DNA from: a virus
Lineage: Duplodnaviria; Caudoviricetes
Length of the DNA stretch: 29,050 nt
Reading direction: 5' to 3' (one strand)
IMG/VR virus record: IMGVR_UViG_3300048857_000047
Span: 1-29,050 of that record
Shown here: positions 8,211 to 18,092 of the stretch, piece after piece
How positions within the stretch are numbered: position 1 is the first letter of the stretch
Layout: the number at the start of each line of letters is the position of its first letter
Made by a program: the position numbers and the translations under genes
Notes under the pieces: generated by a model
What the model was told of the DNA's origin: nothing
Databases searched by the model: none
The model's input: only the letters and a program-made list of their open reading frames with translations

Positions 8211-8662
8211 CAGTTGATAGCCAGATTGAGCACCGTGTAACGGAAGGTAGCGCCGGTAATCGGATCCGAGACATTGCGGGCCTGGACCACGATCCGGAAC
8301 GTCGTGGAACTCTGGATGATGCGCCAGCGCGACAGGTTCTCGATCATGGTGGCATTGGTTGGCGTGTTCAGGTTGCGGGCGATCTCGTGCGGGTTGAACC
8401 CACCGTTGGACATCGCCCGATGGAAGATCACCAGCGGGATCGCCCCGCCGCCGATGGCCGGGTGGGTGACGGTTGCACCCTGCGTGCACGTGCCCGCCTG
8501 CAGGACGTTCGCCATGCGCCCGCCCTTGCTGTTCAGGGCAAAGAGCGGATAGTGGGCCGCATTGCCGGGACTGAGCCCCACGACATCGCTCCCGGGCTTG
8601 CTGGCATAGATGCCTGTGCCAGGCGAGAGGGGATGCTCACCCATAAGGACGCGCTGCACCAT
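8210..8662 (-). CDS. Tail tip accessory beta-sandwich protein
   Basis: Immediately after J; GIYASKPGSDV...FALNS N-terminal motif. Confidence 0.75.
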   Translation of the reverse strand: MVQRVLMGEHPLSPGTGIYASKPGSDVVGLSPGNAAHYPLFALNSKGGRMANVLQAGTCTQGATVTHPAIGGGAIPLVIFHRAMSNGGFNPHEIARNLNTPTNATMIENLSRWRIIQSSTTFRIVVQARNVSDPITGATFRYTVLNLAIN

Positions 8663-8665
8663 GGC

Positions 8666-11600
8666 TCAGTCCGAGAAGATCATGGTGTTATTGGTCAGGT
8701 TGATGACCATCTTGCCGTTGCTGGACTGGATGATGCCCGCTGTCAGGGTGCCAACATTGGCCGAGATAGCTGACAGGTTCAGCACATTGATCTGGTTCGC
8801 ATTGATCGAGCCGTCCGCGATGAAGTCGCCGCGGAGCACCATGCGGCCGATGCCGTTGCGGGTGCCAAGCGAGAAGACTGCCTCCGCACCGAAGCCGCTG
8901 CCAGGTGCGCCGATCAGGAACTTATCGACGGCGATCTTCAATTCACTTTGGAAGCCGCCCGGGCCGTTGGCCCCGATAAGCTGCAAGCCGGTGAAGTAGC
9001 CGTCCGAGCCGACCGTCACTTTCCAGGCCCCGATGAGCTGTCCGGTGACATCCGCGACCGCCGTGAAGCGCTCGCTTACAGTGATGCCGGTCTCTTCCCA
9101 CTCGGCCACGACATCGGTGCCGTAGATGGCAATCGCCTTGTCGGCGGTCACCTTCACATCGGCAACTTGGACGATGGCGGCCCTGCCAAGATCGGTAGCC
9201 TCTTCGGCCACGACACGGCTTTCGCCGGCCAGGTCCGCGATGCTGTCGAGGATGCCGAGGCGTTCCAGATCCCGGCTCAGTTCGGGGATCAGGTCGTCGG
9301 GCTGGATCTTCATGATGAAGAATGTGTTGTCCAGCACCAGCGGCGGCGGGTTGATCTCGATCACGCTGAAGAGTCCGATCACGTTGCTGCCGGTGACACC
9401 GGCCACACGCAAGCGGATCGTCTGCGCCCCCGAGACAACAGCCTCGAAGGTGCTCGCATCGCCCTCATAGGCACGCACCCAAGTGGCATTGTCATAGGAC
9501 ACGTCTGCGATGTAGCGCACGGCTCCCTTGGCCGGCTGCCAGCCCGCCTGCAGGATCAGGTTCATGCCGCGCTGGTAGACTTGTCCCGAGAGCATGGTGA
9601 TGACCGGGATCGAAGGCGAGAACACATGCGGAATGGTCGGTAGCGGCGTGACGCCGGTCTCTGTCACGTCGTAGACGATCGGATCATCGAGCACGCCGGT
9701 CAGGGTGATGTGCTCGCCGTCCGTGTCGGGCGTGCCTTCGGTAATCAGCACGCGGAAGGTCCGCGGCTCGCCGGGGGAGAAGGCGGCAGTCGGACGGTCG
9801 GCCAGATCGGAGCGGGCGATCGCATCGGCCAGGGTCATGCCCTGCCGCGCGGTCTCCGCTGCCATATCGGTCGCGTTGACGATGGCGATGCAATCGGATG
9901 TGCCGCGGGTGACGCGCACAGGGCCCCACGGCTGCCCGTCCCGGCGCCGGATCTCGACGTAATGGTTGAGCGCATTCGTGTCCCATTCGAGATCATGATC
10001 GAAGGTGATCTGCCGAAAGGCGTCGTTATAGGCTGCCACCTCTGCCGACTGGCCCCAGGTTTCCGGCTCCTCGCACGACAGCACGACGAGGTCACCGCGC
10101 TTGAGCAGACGCCCTTCGGCGCGAGCCGTCCAAGAGACCATGACGCGGCGATACTGGTTCTCGCCAGCCATGAAGCGCACGAGACCCGCAGCCTGCGAGC
10201 GCTTCTGCACGCCGGTCAACTGCACGCGGGCAGGCTTGGCAAGCGTCACCCCATCCGGCGCGGAGGATACCTCGGCCAGCTTGAAGGTCGTCTCATCGAG
10301 GTATTCCCCGACGATGCCGTCCGCGATGTCGTCATCGGCCAGGGTATAATCGATCTGCAGGCTGTCGCGCACGATGTCGTAGTCTGTGAACATCATGCGT
10401 GGGATGCCGCGGGGCTCGTCCCTGACGATGGTCAGGCGGTCACCCACAGGCGCCGGAACCGCCCTGCCCGCCTTGAGCACCGTCTCGAGCGCATCATCGA
10501 GCGTCTGGGCTTCCTTGAAGGTGTGGTCGAAGGTATGGCCGAGGGTTGCCCAGAGCTGGTCATAGGCATAGAACGACTGGAAATCGACCTGCTCTAGGCC
10601 GAGGCCTGCACCATAGTCGGCATTGCGCCACATATCGAGCGCAGCCCAGGCGATGGAGCGCGAGGGTTGCTCCACGAAGCCGGTGCCGTTCCAGACCGGG
10701 ATGATGCGGGTCGCGATGACGCCCACCTGGCCGTTCATGAGACCCTGCAGGGCCTCGCTCGCCTTCACACGGATCGCAATCGTCGTCACGCGTGGGAAGG
10801 CGTTCGGACCGTCGATGTGAGCGCGCAGCGCCGACCAGACGATATCATCGACGCCCGTCACTTTACCGCCATTCAGCTGCTTGCCGGTGATGCTCTCTGT
10901 CGTGCGCCGGGCCGTGATCTCATAGCGCCCGGGTGGGATCTCCACGCGCTCGGTGATCCGGATCTGGCTGTTCTTGGTGTAGCTGAATGTCTTGTCAAGG
11001 ATCCACGACCAGCCGCCAGTCGGAGCGCCAGCATCGTTCACAGGGCGGGCCTGCACGATCACGCGCACCGAGGCCGGATACATCTCGCCCTTGTATTCCT
11101 GATACAGTCCGGACGGGAACACGAAGTCGAGGAGCAGTTCCTTGGCGAGCGTGCCGGCCGCATTGGCCGTGAAGCCAGGCGTGTCGGTCGTGGTGAGCTC
11201 GATGCCCGAGACTTCGGATGCCGTCACCACGTTGACCGGGAACAGCGTCACCTTCTGCCCAGGCTTGCGGATCTGGATCGTGACGCCGGGGAAGGACGGG
11301 TTGTAACCGCCACTCTTGGTCCAAATGCGAGTATCGGAGATCCGGACCTCTTCCACATCGGCATCGCCGCAGGTGAGCGCGAAGAGGCCATATTCGGTCA
11401 TCTTGTCGCCATCGAACTCCGAATAGCGCGGAGCGGCGAAGTCGGGGAAGGTCAGCGTGCGACCGTACAGGACCGGGATCGGCTGCAGCGGGCGGGCCTG
11501 ATTGCCGCCGAAGCCGAAGGAATAGAGATCCTCCGTTTCGTTCGTCTTGCCGCCTGCCTTAGGCTTGAGGAAATGGCTGATCGCCATGGCGCCGCCTGCG

Positions 11601-12013
11601 ATGAGCAGGGAGGAGCCGATGCTTGCCGCCGCCCCGGTCAGGCCGATGGCACCCGTGGCCCATGGAGCGAGAGCAGTGAGCGCCACCATGGCGACGATCG
11701 CGCCGATGCTCTTGGCTGTCGAGCCGCCGTTGCCGCCCATGCCGCCGAGCGGGCGGCTGATGAACTCGACGTTGTCGTTGGCAGCCAGCCGGTGGGTCGC
11801 CCATTCGGTGCGGCTGTAGTAAACGCCATTCACCTTGCAGACGGTCGGCAGGTTGAACTGCCAGCCGGTCTCAGTGACCAGCTGCTCGATCGTCGGCTTG
11901 CGCTTGCGGGTCTTGTGCTCGGCAATGGGGAGCACGAGCCCGCTCTCAGGCAGGCGCACGTCATCGCGCTCCGGATCAAAGACCAGGAGATTATGCTTTA
12001 CGGCAAGGGCCAT
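8666..12013 (-). CDS. Central tail tip / host-specificity protein J with fused N-terminal gpI-like region
   Basis: 1115 aa; ubiquitin-like start plus Gly/Ala hydrophobic segment, NQARPLQPIPVLYGR, FN3-like part, and C-terminal FIADGSINANQINVLNLSAISANVG. Confidence 0.9.
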   Translation of the reverse strand: MALAVKHNLLVFDPERDDVRLPESGLVLPIAEHKTRKRKPTIEQLVTETGWQFNLPTVCKVNGVYYSRTEWATHRLAANDNVEFISRPLGGMGGNGGSTAKSIGAIVAMVALTALAPWATGAIGLTGAAASIGSSLLIAGGAMAISHFLKPKAGGKTNETEDLYSFGFGGNQARPLQPIPVLYGRTLTFPDFAAPRYSEFDGDKMTEYGLFALTCGDADVEEVRISDTRIWTKSGGYNPSFPGVTIQIRKPGQKVTLFPVNVVTASEVSGIELTTTDTPGFTANAAGTLAKELLLDFVFPSGLYQEYKGEMYPASVRVIVQARPVNDAGAPTGGWSWILDKTFSYTKNSQIRITERVEIPPGRYEITARRTTESITGKQLNGGKVTGVDDIVWSALRAHIDGPNAFPRVTTIAIRVKASEALQGLMNGQVGVIATRIIPVWNGTGFVEQPSRSIAWAALDMWRNADYGAGLGLEQVDFQSFYAYDQLWATLGHTFDHTFKEAQTLDDALETVLKAGRAVPAPVGDRLTIVRDEPRGIPRMMFTDYDIVRDSLQIDYTLADDDIADGIVGEYLDETTFKLAEVSSAPDGVTLAKPARVQLTGVQKRSQAAGLVRFMAGENQYRRVMVSWTARAEGRLLKRGDLVVLSCEEPETWGQSAEVAAYNDAFRQITFDHDLEWDTNALNHYVEIRRRDGQPWGPVRVTRGTSDCIAIVNATDMAAETARQGMTLADAIARSDLADRPTAAFSPGEPRTFRVLITEGTPDTDGEHITLTGVLDDPIVYDVTETGVTPLPTIPHVFSPSIPVITMLSGQVYQRGMNLILQAGWQPAKGAVRYIADVSYDNATWVRAYEGDASTFEAVVSGAQTIRLRVAGVTGSNVIGLFSVIEINPPPLVLDNTFFIMKIQPDDLIPELSRDLERLGILDSIADLAGESRVVAEEATDLGRAAIVQVADVKVTADKAIAIYGTDVVAEWEETGITVSERFTAVADVTGQLIGAWKVTVGSDGYFTGLQLIGANGPGGFQSELKIAVDKFLIGAPGSGFGAEAVFSLGTRNGIGRMVLRGDFIADGSINANQINVLNLSAISANVGTLTAGIIQSSNGKMVINLTNNTMIFSD

Positions 12014-12015
12014 GA

Positions 12016-12435
12016 TTACGCTTTGCGGCGGTAGAATTTGAGGTAGTTGAAGCCAGAAGCCTTCAGGGCGGGGATGTCATCCACGACCACGCCGGCAGCC
12101 TTGTCGATGTGGATCACGGCGCCGGTCGTGGCGGGCACGATGTAGGTGCCGAGATGGAAGTCCCGTTTGGCGACGTTCCCCATGAGGACGAGATCAAGCT
12201 CACGCGCATCGGATTCCGGTATCTCCTCCCAGGCCTGCCGCTCGGGATGCAAGAGTATGGCTTCGGCTTGGGCCCGGGTCGTGGGCTCGGCAAAGGCGAC
12301 ATCCGGCATGGAGACGCCGGCAAGCTCGTTCTGGATGTGACGGGCGAGGCCGTAGCAATCGAAGGCGGCGGGCCCCCGCTCTCCGATCTTGTACGGCTTG
12401 CCGATCAGGCTCTCAAAGAAGGCGAGATGATCCAT
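12016..12435 (-). CDS. NlpC/P60 tail-associated peptidase (gpK-like)
   Basis: IGKPY..G.RGP.AFDCYGL, HLGTY and VIH catalytic Cys/His/His pattern. Confidence 0.9.
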   Translation of the reverse strand: MDHLAFFESLIGKPYKIGERGPAAFDCYGLARHIQNELAGVSMPDVAFAEPTTRAQAEAILLHPERQAWEEIPESDARELDLVLMGNVAKRDFHLGTYIVPATTGAVIHIDKAAGVVVDDIPALKASGFNYLKFYRRKA

Positions 12436-12971
12436 CACGACACCTGAAGCAGGCTGGGGAAGCGCACCATGTCATAGACCTCGCGCATCACCCGCATGTT
12501 CTGCGGACGGGCGATGGCAAGCTGTCCCTCAAGCTGCCGCGCCGTGCGCTTCACGTTGCGCAGGATGAGCTTGTAAGGCCCCTGCCCGACCGTGTTGGGG
12601 TCGGACGCCAGATAGCCGCGGAAGATCGCCTGAATGGGCTGGTTGAGCTTCACGGCGTCATGGAGATAGCGGGCAGCCTCCCGGTTCACGTTGTCGAGCC
12701 GGATGGTGGCCTCGGCTCCAAGGTTGCCAATGCGGGGATAGTCGATCTCGAAAGGGATGGCCTTGAACGGGACGACTGTGCCGCCGCCCACCGGTGCCCC
12801 ATCCTCCAGACGGAAGTTGACATCAACCGTGTTGCGCACGGCGCGGATCGGAGCAGGAGCGCCGTTCTCGACGAAGACCGGATGGATTAGCTCGATGGTG
12901 ATGAGCATGACCTCGTCCTTTGGGGCGGACGCGGCTGCTTCGGCCCAGGCTTGAGTAGCGCTGATGGGCAT
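12435..12971 (-). CDS. DUF1833-like minor tail protein (gpL position)
   Basis: TIELIHP, F.AIPFEI..P, IRLDNV and YLASD...GP motifs; position before NlpC/P60 and J. Confidence 0.85.
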   Translation of the reverse strand: MPISATQAWAEAAASAPKDEVMLITIELIHPVFVENGAPAPIRAVRNTVDVNFRLEDGAPVGGGTVVPFKAIPFEIDYPRIGNLGAEATIRLDNVNREAARYLHDAVKLNQPIQAIFRGYLASDPNTVGQGPYKLILRNVKRTARQLEGQLAIARPQNMRVMREVYDMVRFPSLLQVS

Positions 12972-13048
12972 AGCGTTTATCCTGATGGATGCGTTGTGAT
13001 GTTGCTCTATTCGGCTACGCTCTAGCTGGCTTGGGCAGCAGAGTTGTA

Positions 13049-13366
13049 ATGGCTAGTGAAGAAGAACTTGAACGAATGCTCTTGTATTCTCGGGCGCTTG
13101 GACAGGGTGTGAGCTTCCTGATGACTAAGTTGCTCATTGAGCATGTGAGGACACAGAGCGAAGATCCTGAAGCGTGCATGGTCAATACTCGTGCAATGTT
13201 AGATTTCGCCCTCACAAGCTTTCAGGGCAATGTTCGGACCCGGGACGGCAGCGAGCTGGCAGTTTCCGATGAGATTAGAGGCAGAGTTCGACTGATCCTG
13301 AACGCGATTGAACGTGAGGCGAGGGAGACCCTTGGCCTGGCACCACGCGTGAAGGAGAGGCATTGA
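13049..13366 (+). CDS. Hypothetical protein (opposite-strand moron)
   Basis: 105 aa helical ORF with lower GC, antisense to the late operon. Track start is 12989; ATG 13049 preferred. Confidence 0.65.
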   Translation: MASEEELERMLLYSRALGQGVSFLMTKLLIEHVRTQSEDPEACMVNTRAMLDFALTSFQGNVRTRDGSELAVSDEIRGRVRLILNAIEREARETLGLAPRVKERH

Positions 13367-13482
13367 TTTTCCTACTCGAACAGGACCAATCGACCGGAAT
13401 ACCTTGGAAGGTTTCGCGAGGCCCGACGCCAGGGTAGTCGGGGTCGTTTCGATCCCGACTACCCATTGGCCCGCAATACCGA

Positions 13483-14949
13483 TCAGACCATAGACGGCGT
13501 GACATCCTGGCCGGTCAAGGCGATGGTGCCCTGGTCGACCGTGGCTGGGTAGACCGTGACCTGAATGTTCTTGACCTGATGCGACGTGACCTCCGGTGCC
13601 TCGTAGCGGTAGACGCCCCAGTAGAACCGGAACTTGGTCGATCCGGTGTAGCCGATGGGAATCCCCGTCACGTTGACCCGGTCGACGTTGTCGATGGTCA
13701 CGCGTAGCGCAGCATTCGTCAGAGCCGGATCGAACGTCACGTCCACCGTAATACGGTGATAGACGTCGTAGGCCAGACCGCCCGCTAGTGAATAGCGGTA
13801 GTTCTCGGTTGGCGAACTGCTCGATCCCGACCGCGTGATGATCACGAAGTCGGTGCCCTCCAAATACAGGCCGACCACGGGCGAGCCGCCGGGGTTGGCA
13901 TGCAACTGCATCAGCGTTCACCACGGCGCGCTATTGGCCGCGGACCCGGACAGCAGCGAGTTGAACTCGAAGACGTACCGGTTCCCGAAGTCCCAATAGG
14001 TGCGCATCGTGCCCATCTCGGATCGCTCCGAGGTGGAACTGTCGCCGTGGTACTGGTCCCCGCTGTGTACCTCCATCTTCACGTACTTGCGGTCGGACGT
14101 GAACGACCACGTCTGAGCGCCGTTGTGGCACGCGAAGTCGATGTACTGGCCGGGGATCTGGCTGTCGTTCTTCCAGCCGAACGCAATTGGATCGATCTCA
14201 CCGTTGCCCGGTGTCATCTGATCGGGCCAGATGTAGCCGGTCGGCGGCGAGCCGGTCGGGACCGGCAGATCCGGGTACGGGTTGTCGACGACGTGCAGCC
14301 ACACCGTGCCGCCCGTCACGGCGACCGAGCCTGGATCCACCGTGATCGTCTCGGTCGAGCCCGCCTCGCGCAGTTCGACGGCGAACGTGACCCAGCCAGT
14401 CGATCCGGACGAGATGGTCTGATTGGGCGGAGTCCAGTTGGTCGTGCCCGCCGGGCCGTTGGTGTCGGCCGCGCCGAGTTCCGCCGTCGTGCCGGTCGTC
14501 AAGCGCTGCGTGCAGCCCGCAGGCGGCACGTTGGCCGAAGCCGTCGTGCCTGCCTCGCGCGTGCCCTTGAAAGTGACGACCCAGGAGGTCGTCGCGTTCA
14601 GGGTCAACGCGACGTTGGTGCAAGTGGTGCCGGAGCCGGTGTTGCGGCTCGAGGCGAAGGTTACAAGGTTCGGGTTGGAGCAGCCGCGGTAGGCCAAGCA
14701 GACGCACTGCGTAGCGTTGGTCGACGTAAGGGACAACTGCGTCGAGTTGGTTGCGACCCGCATTCCGAGGATCGCCCCGATGCTGTTGGTGGTGTTGTCC
14801 CACCACAGGGAATAGCCGTTGCCGGGAGACGACGGTGGGGAGTTCGATCCATCGCGCAGGGCGACGAAGATCAGCACGTCGCCAGCCTGATGCGCTGGTT
14901 CAGTGAGCGAGTTCGTGCCCGACGACGAACCGACGAAGGTAATCGCCAT
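13483..14949 (-). pseudogene. Fibre-like protein with polysaccharide lyase-like domain, interrupted by in-frame TGA at 13918-13920
   Basis: TGG TGA ACG CTG ATG keeps both ORFs in frame. Motifs ERSE (before the stop) and MQLH, FYWGVYR (after) are those of jelly-roll polysaccharide lyases. Confidence 0.7.
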
Positions 14950-14972
14950 GTAAGCCTCCTATCAGGTTGTGG

Positions 14973-15401
14973 TTACGACACTTGCAGAAGGCCGTTGGTG
15001 CCGATGTCCCAGGTGCGGGTGTTGCCGTTGGAGATCACGGCGGAGGAGCCGCGATCCACGTAGCCGACGAGGGCATCATTGGCGTGTGTGTCGTCGTAGA
15101 TGATCAAGTAGCGGTGCGCGGCGATATCGCCGCCTGACGCGGTCCACGAGATGTCCGCCGCGCTCCAGCGCCAGATGCCGGTGTCCGTACCGGTTTCAGC
15201 CCATGTCACGGCGGTCAACGTTACGCCGCCTGTGCTGTAGCCGTTGCCCCCCGAGATCTCTGTGATGTGGGACTTGTCGGTGTGCGTCGCCGCGTTCGGC
15301 GCGACGTTGGAAAGGTACGCCTTAAAGACGTCCGTGTCCAAATCGATCTCCTTGTTGCCGAGCCGTTGGATGAAAGAATGGAACTTGGTGAATGTAGCCA
15401 T
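14973..15401 (-). CDS. Phage structural beta-sandwich protein (fibre base/decoration-like)
   Basis: IDLDTDVFKAYL, EISGGNGYSTGGVTL, ADISWTASGG.I...RY.IIYDDT pattern; GGAG RBS before ATG 15401. Confidence 0.75.
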   Translation of the reverse strand: MATFTKFHSFIQRLGNKEIDLDTDVFKAYLSNVAPNAATHTDKSHITEISGGNGYSTGGVTLTAVTWAETGTDTGIWRWSAADISWTASGGDIAAHRYLIIYDDTHANDALVGYVDRGSSAVISNGNTRTWDIGTNGLLQVS

Positions 15402-15713
15402 GGTACTCTCCATTAAGGGTTTAAGGTCATGCTGCGGGACGCACTCACACCACGCGTCCTGTTTCGTCGTGAAAGACGCCTTTTCGATCTGAGCGATCCG
15501 GTGCTCGATCGCTCTCCGCAGACTTGGCGAGAGGGAAGCTGCGCGCAAACACACAGTAGTTCGTGACCGGCGACCCGCTGTTCATGTTGCGGGAGCGTCT
15601 GCTGCCGATCGTGAACCGTTACTCAAATACCTTCTAGCATTTGCATTTCTCCATGGTTGCAGTTGCGGATGCGCTGCGATCTCAGCCTAGGATCACGTGA
15701 CTGAAATCGGCAC

Positions 15714-16082
15714 TTAGAGATCCCAAACGTCGAGGGAGAAGGAGACGTTGATTTTGCTGCCGGAACGGTCGGCGGTGTATTGGCCGCCGTCGCGCAGGCG
15801 CACGCGGCGCACCGAACATCCGGTCAGATCCCAGACGGGCATGTCGAACTCGGCCGCCCCATGGCTGAGCGTGTCTCGCACGAAGGCCTTGAAGGTCTGG
15901 AACTGCGCCGTTGTCATGGGGATAGTGCGGTCGACAATGCCGATCACAGTCGTGAACTGACGACGGGTTCGGACGTTGCCCGCCGTCATCTCGCTCTCAA
16001 GCACGCCGCGGAACGGCTCCTGAATGGCGGACGACGTGAGCGGGGTATGCGGCACGGAGACCGGCCATACGGGGCGAGCCAT
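15714..16082 (-). CDS. Distal tail protein (gpM/Dit-like)
   Basis: TGATG-coupled to tape measure; WP..VP, SEMTAG.VR.RRQFT and F..FV..TL..G...F.MP motifs. Confidence 0.8.
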   Translation of the reverse strand: MARPVWPVSVPHTPLTSSAIQEPFRGVLESEMTAGNVRTRRQFTTVIGIVDRTIPMTTAQFQTFKAFVRDTLSHGAAEFDMPVWDLTGCSVRRVRLRDGGQYTADRSGSKINVSFSLDVWDL

Positions 16083-18067
16083 CAACGGCCTCCCATGGGA
16101 GAGACACCGAAGCGACCCTTGAGCGACCGATCGAGCTTCCCACTCGCGATCATGCCGCTCAGAGCCTGCTCAAGTTGCACCTCGAGGCGCGGCCCCTGCG
16201 GAGTGTTCGTCTGGCGGGTATGCACTTCCGCGCCTGCGTTGTTGATGATCTGGACCTGCATGCCGCCGCCCGCGCCGCCGCGAGGCAGAGCATGGTTCGG
16301 GATCACTGTGCCATTGCGGCCGAACTGGACCAATTCAGGCCCGTTCTCGCCCACAAGGTAGGTCTTGCCGGATTGAACAGGGCCGCCCGAGGCACGAGCG
16401 CCGCCGAAGCCGCCGAACAGGGACGAGAAGATATTGCCCCCGCCGCCAGCGCCGCCGAGAATGCCTTTCAGGGCAGAGTCGAGCGCCAAGTCGAGGAGAC
16501 GGTCGCCCACGCGCGCTAGGGCATTCTGCAGGGCTGTTGCAGCATCGACCCCGTTCATGAGGTCAGAGACGAACCCTTTGAGGGTAGAACTGGCTAGTTG
16601 CTGAAGCTCTTGCTGCGTGGCGTTCGTGGCCTTCAGCTTGTCGCTCATCTGAGCGTAAGCCTCGGCCAGTTGGCCAACCTCGGCCCTCTGGGCATCCGTG
16701 AGCGTCACGCCTTCACGACGGAGGGCGTTCTCGACCTCCATGATCGTGCGGGCTTTCTCGCGCTCGATATTGCTTTTGCCGAGCATCTCGAACTCAAGTT
16801 CAAGGGCCCGCGTGGCGTTCTGGATGTCTGTGACCTCTCGGCCGTAGACTTCGCCAGCCCGCTCGGCATCTCTAGCGGATCCGCGAGCAGATCGGGCAGC
16901 CTCTCGTTCGGCCTTGCGGCGAGCTTCCTCTGCAGCCTTTTCTGCTTCACGATCTCGAATGCGCTGGGTCGCAGCAATGTATGCGTCGTCTGCCTGCCGC
17001 CGTTCGCCAGGTGTGCGGGCGTTCTCGATGGCTTTCTTGTAAGCCTCTGCGGCCTTGTCCGCGTCAGAGAGCGTCGGCAGCGCGATCTTGGCGAGGTCGT
17101 TAAGAGCGTCTTTCAGTTCCTTGACCGCACCCACCTGACCAGAGGCCACATCACCGATCAGGCCGATGGCGCGGCGAGCCGTCTCAAGAGCGGTCTCTAC
17201 ATCGTAGGCCTCCTTAGACAGGGAGAGCAGTTTAGCGCCCAGCTTGGCGAGCTTCTCATCGCCCGGGTTCTGGTTCACCACCTCCGCAACGGCCGCCTGG
17301 AAAGCCCGGATGTTCGGGGTGCCGTTCTGGGCTTCGTCCCGCAGCCTCTGGATGGCTCCGGCAAATGCGTCGTACTTAGCCGCCGCCTGATCCACTTCCG
17401 CAGTGTCGACCTCGATCGTGCCGATGTTGGTCATGACGCCGCTGGGCGTCATGCTCGCAGCCCGGGCGATGGTCTTGGCGAGCTTTTCTAGATCGTCCTG
17501 CAGTTTGACGATCGAGGCGCGGGTCTGCGCCTCAAGAACCGCCGTGCTCTGCTTGGCATAGTCCTCAAGTCCCTCGGCCGCCTCCACATAGGCATCCTTG
17601 ATCTGCTTGATCAGGTCGGCATGTGTCTTCAGGCGGTCGTCCAGCGTCTCCGTATCGCTGACCATGCCCGTGACGTACTGGATCGCCGCACCGCCCAGAG
17701 CGATGATGCCGATGGTGGCAAGGCTAATCGGGCTCACGACCGAGGCGAAGGCGGCCCCAAGCGCCTTGACGGCACCAGCCGCCCCACCCCTGCTCTCCCC
17801 CAGGACCGCCGCAATCTGCGTGCCCTGCTGAAGTGCGACCGTCAGCGGAGACGTGCCGCTAGCAAGCTGAACGCCGATATCCTGGAATTGCGCCGCCAGG
17901 TTGGCCGTCTGGCCCTGAAGGTTGTCGTTTACCGCCTTGAAGCGGGTCTCGATCTTCCGGGTTTCCTTCTCGACCGATCCTGTAAGCTTCTGCAGCTCCT
18001 TGTTGAAGGTGGTAAACTTCGCCTCCATGGAGACGACAAGGCGTTGCATATCGACTGCTTCAGCCAT
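16082..18067 (-). CDS. Tail tape measure protein
   Basis: 661 aa Ala-rich helical protein with lambda-type NLAAQFQDIGVQLASGTSPL.VALQQGTQI and C-terminal RASGGPV..G.TYLVGENGPEL. Confidence 0.95.
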   Translation of the reverse strand: MAEAVDMQRLVVSMEAKFTTFNKELQKLTGSVEKETRKIETRFKAVNDNLQGQTANLAAQFQDIGVQLASGTSPLTVALQQGTQIAAVLGESRGGAAGAVKALGAAFASVVSPISLATIGIIALGGAAIQYVTGMVSDTETLDDRLKTHADLIKQIKDAYVEAAEGLEDYAKQSTAVLEAQTRASIVKLQDDLEKLAKTIARAASMTPSGVMTNIGTIEVDTAEVDQAAAKYDAFAGAIQRLRDEAQNGTPNIRAFQAAVAEVVNQNPGDEKLAKLGAKLLSLSKEAYDVETALETARRAIGLIGDVASGQVGAVKELKDALNDLAKIALPTLSDADKAAEAYKKAIENARTPGERRQADDAYIAATQRIRDREAEKAAEEARRKAEREAARSARGSARDAERAGEVYGREVTDIQNATRALELEFEMLGKSNIEREKARTIMEVENALRREGVTLTDAQRAEVGQLAEAYAQMSDKLKATNATQQELQQLASSTLKGFVSDLMNGVDAATALQNALARVGDRLLDLALDSALKGILGGAGGGGNIFSSLFGGFGGARASGGPVQSGKTYLVGENGPELVQFGRNGTVIPNHALPRGGAGGGMQVQIINNAGAEVHTRQTNTPQGPRLEVQLEQALSGMIASGKLDRSLKGRFGVSPMGGR

Positions 18068-18092
18068 AGGTTTCTCGCTTTAGGGGCGGGGA

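Noticed and set aside
5040-12013. Diversity-generating retroelement or invertible tail fibre cassette
   Set aside because: No reverse transcriptase, invertase, template/variable repeat pair or flanking inverted repeats seen.
10667-12034. 455-aa plus-strand ORF, and similar long antisense ORFs at 9710, 13900, 16598 and 25919
   Set aside because: Shadow frames of GC-rich genes with clear products on the minus strand; no motifs or RBS.
13880-13920. Selenocysteine recoding of the TGA
   Set aside because: Only a weak 4-bp stem (GTTG-CATGC-CAAC) follows, unlike a bacterial SECIS, and the protein is not a redox enzyme.
13199-13924. 241-aa alternative-frame ORF or frameshifted extension of the lyase-like gene
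   Set aside because: Arg/His/Gly-rich off-frame composition and overlap with the plus-strand moron; no supportable shift site.
15413-15424. CtrA box
   Set aside because: TTAA-N4-TTAA spacing, not the required N7.
2653-15554. Long N-terminal extensions in the ORF track (starts 3225, 3757, 8489, 15554)
   Set aside because: They overlap upstream genes or terminators; downstream ATGs have RBSs or stop-start coupling.
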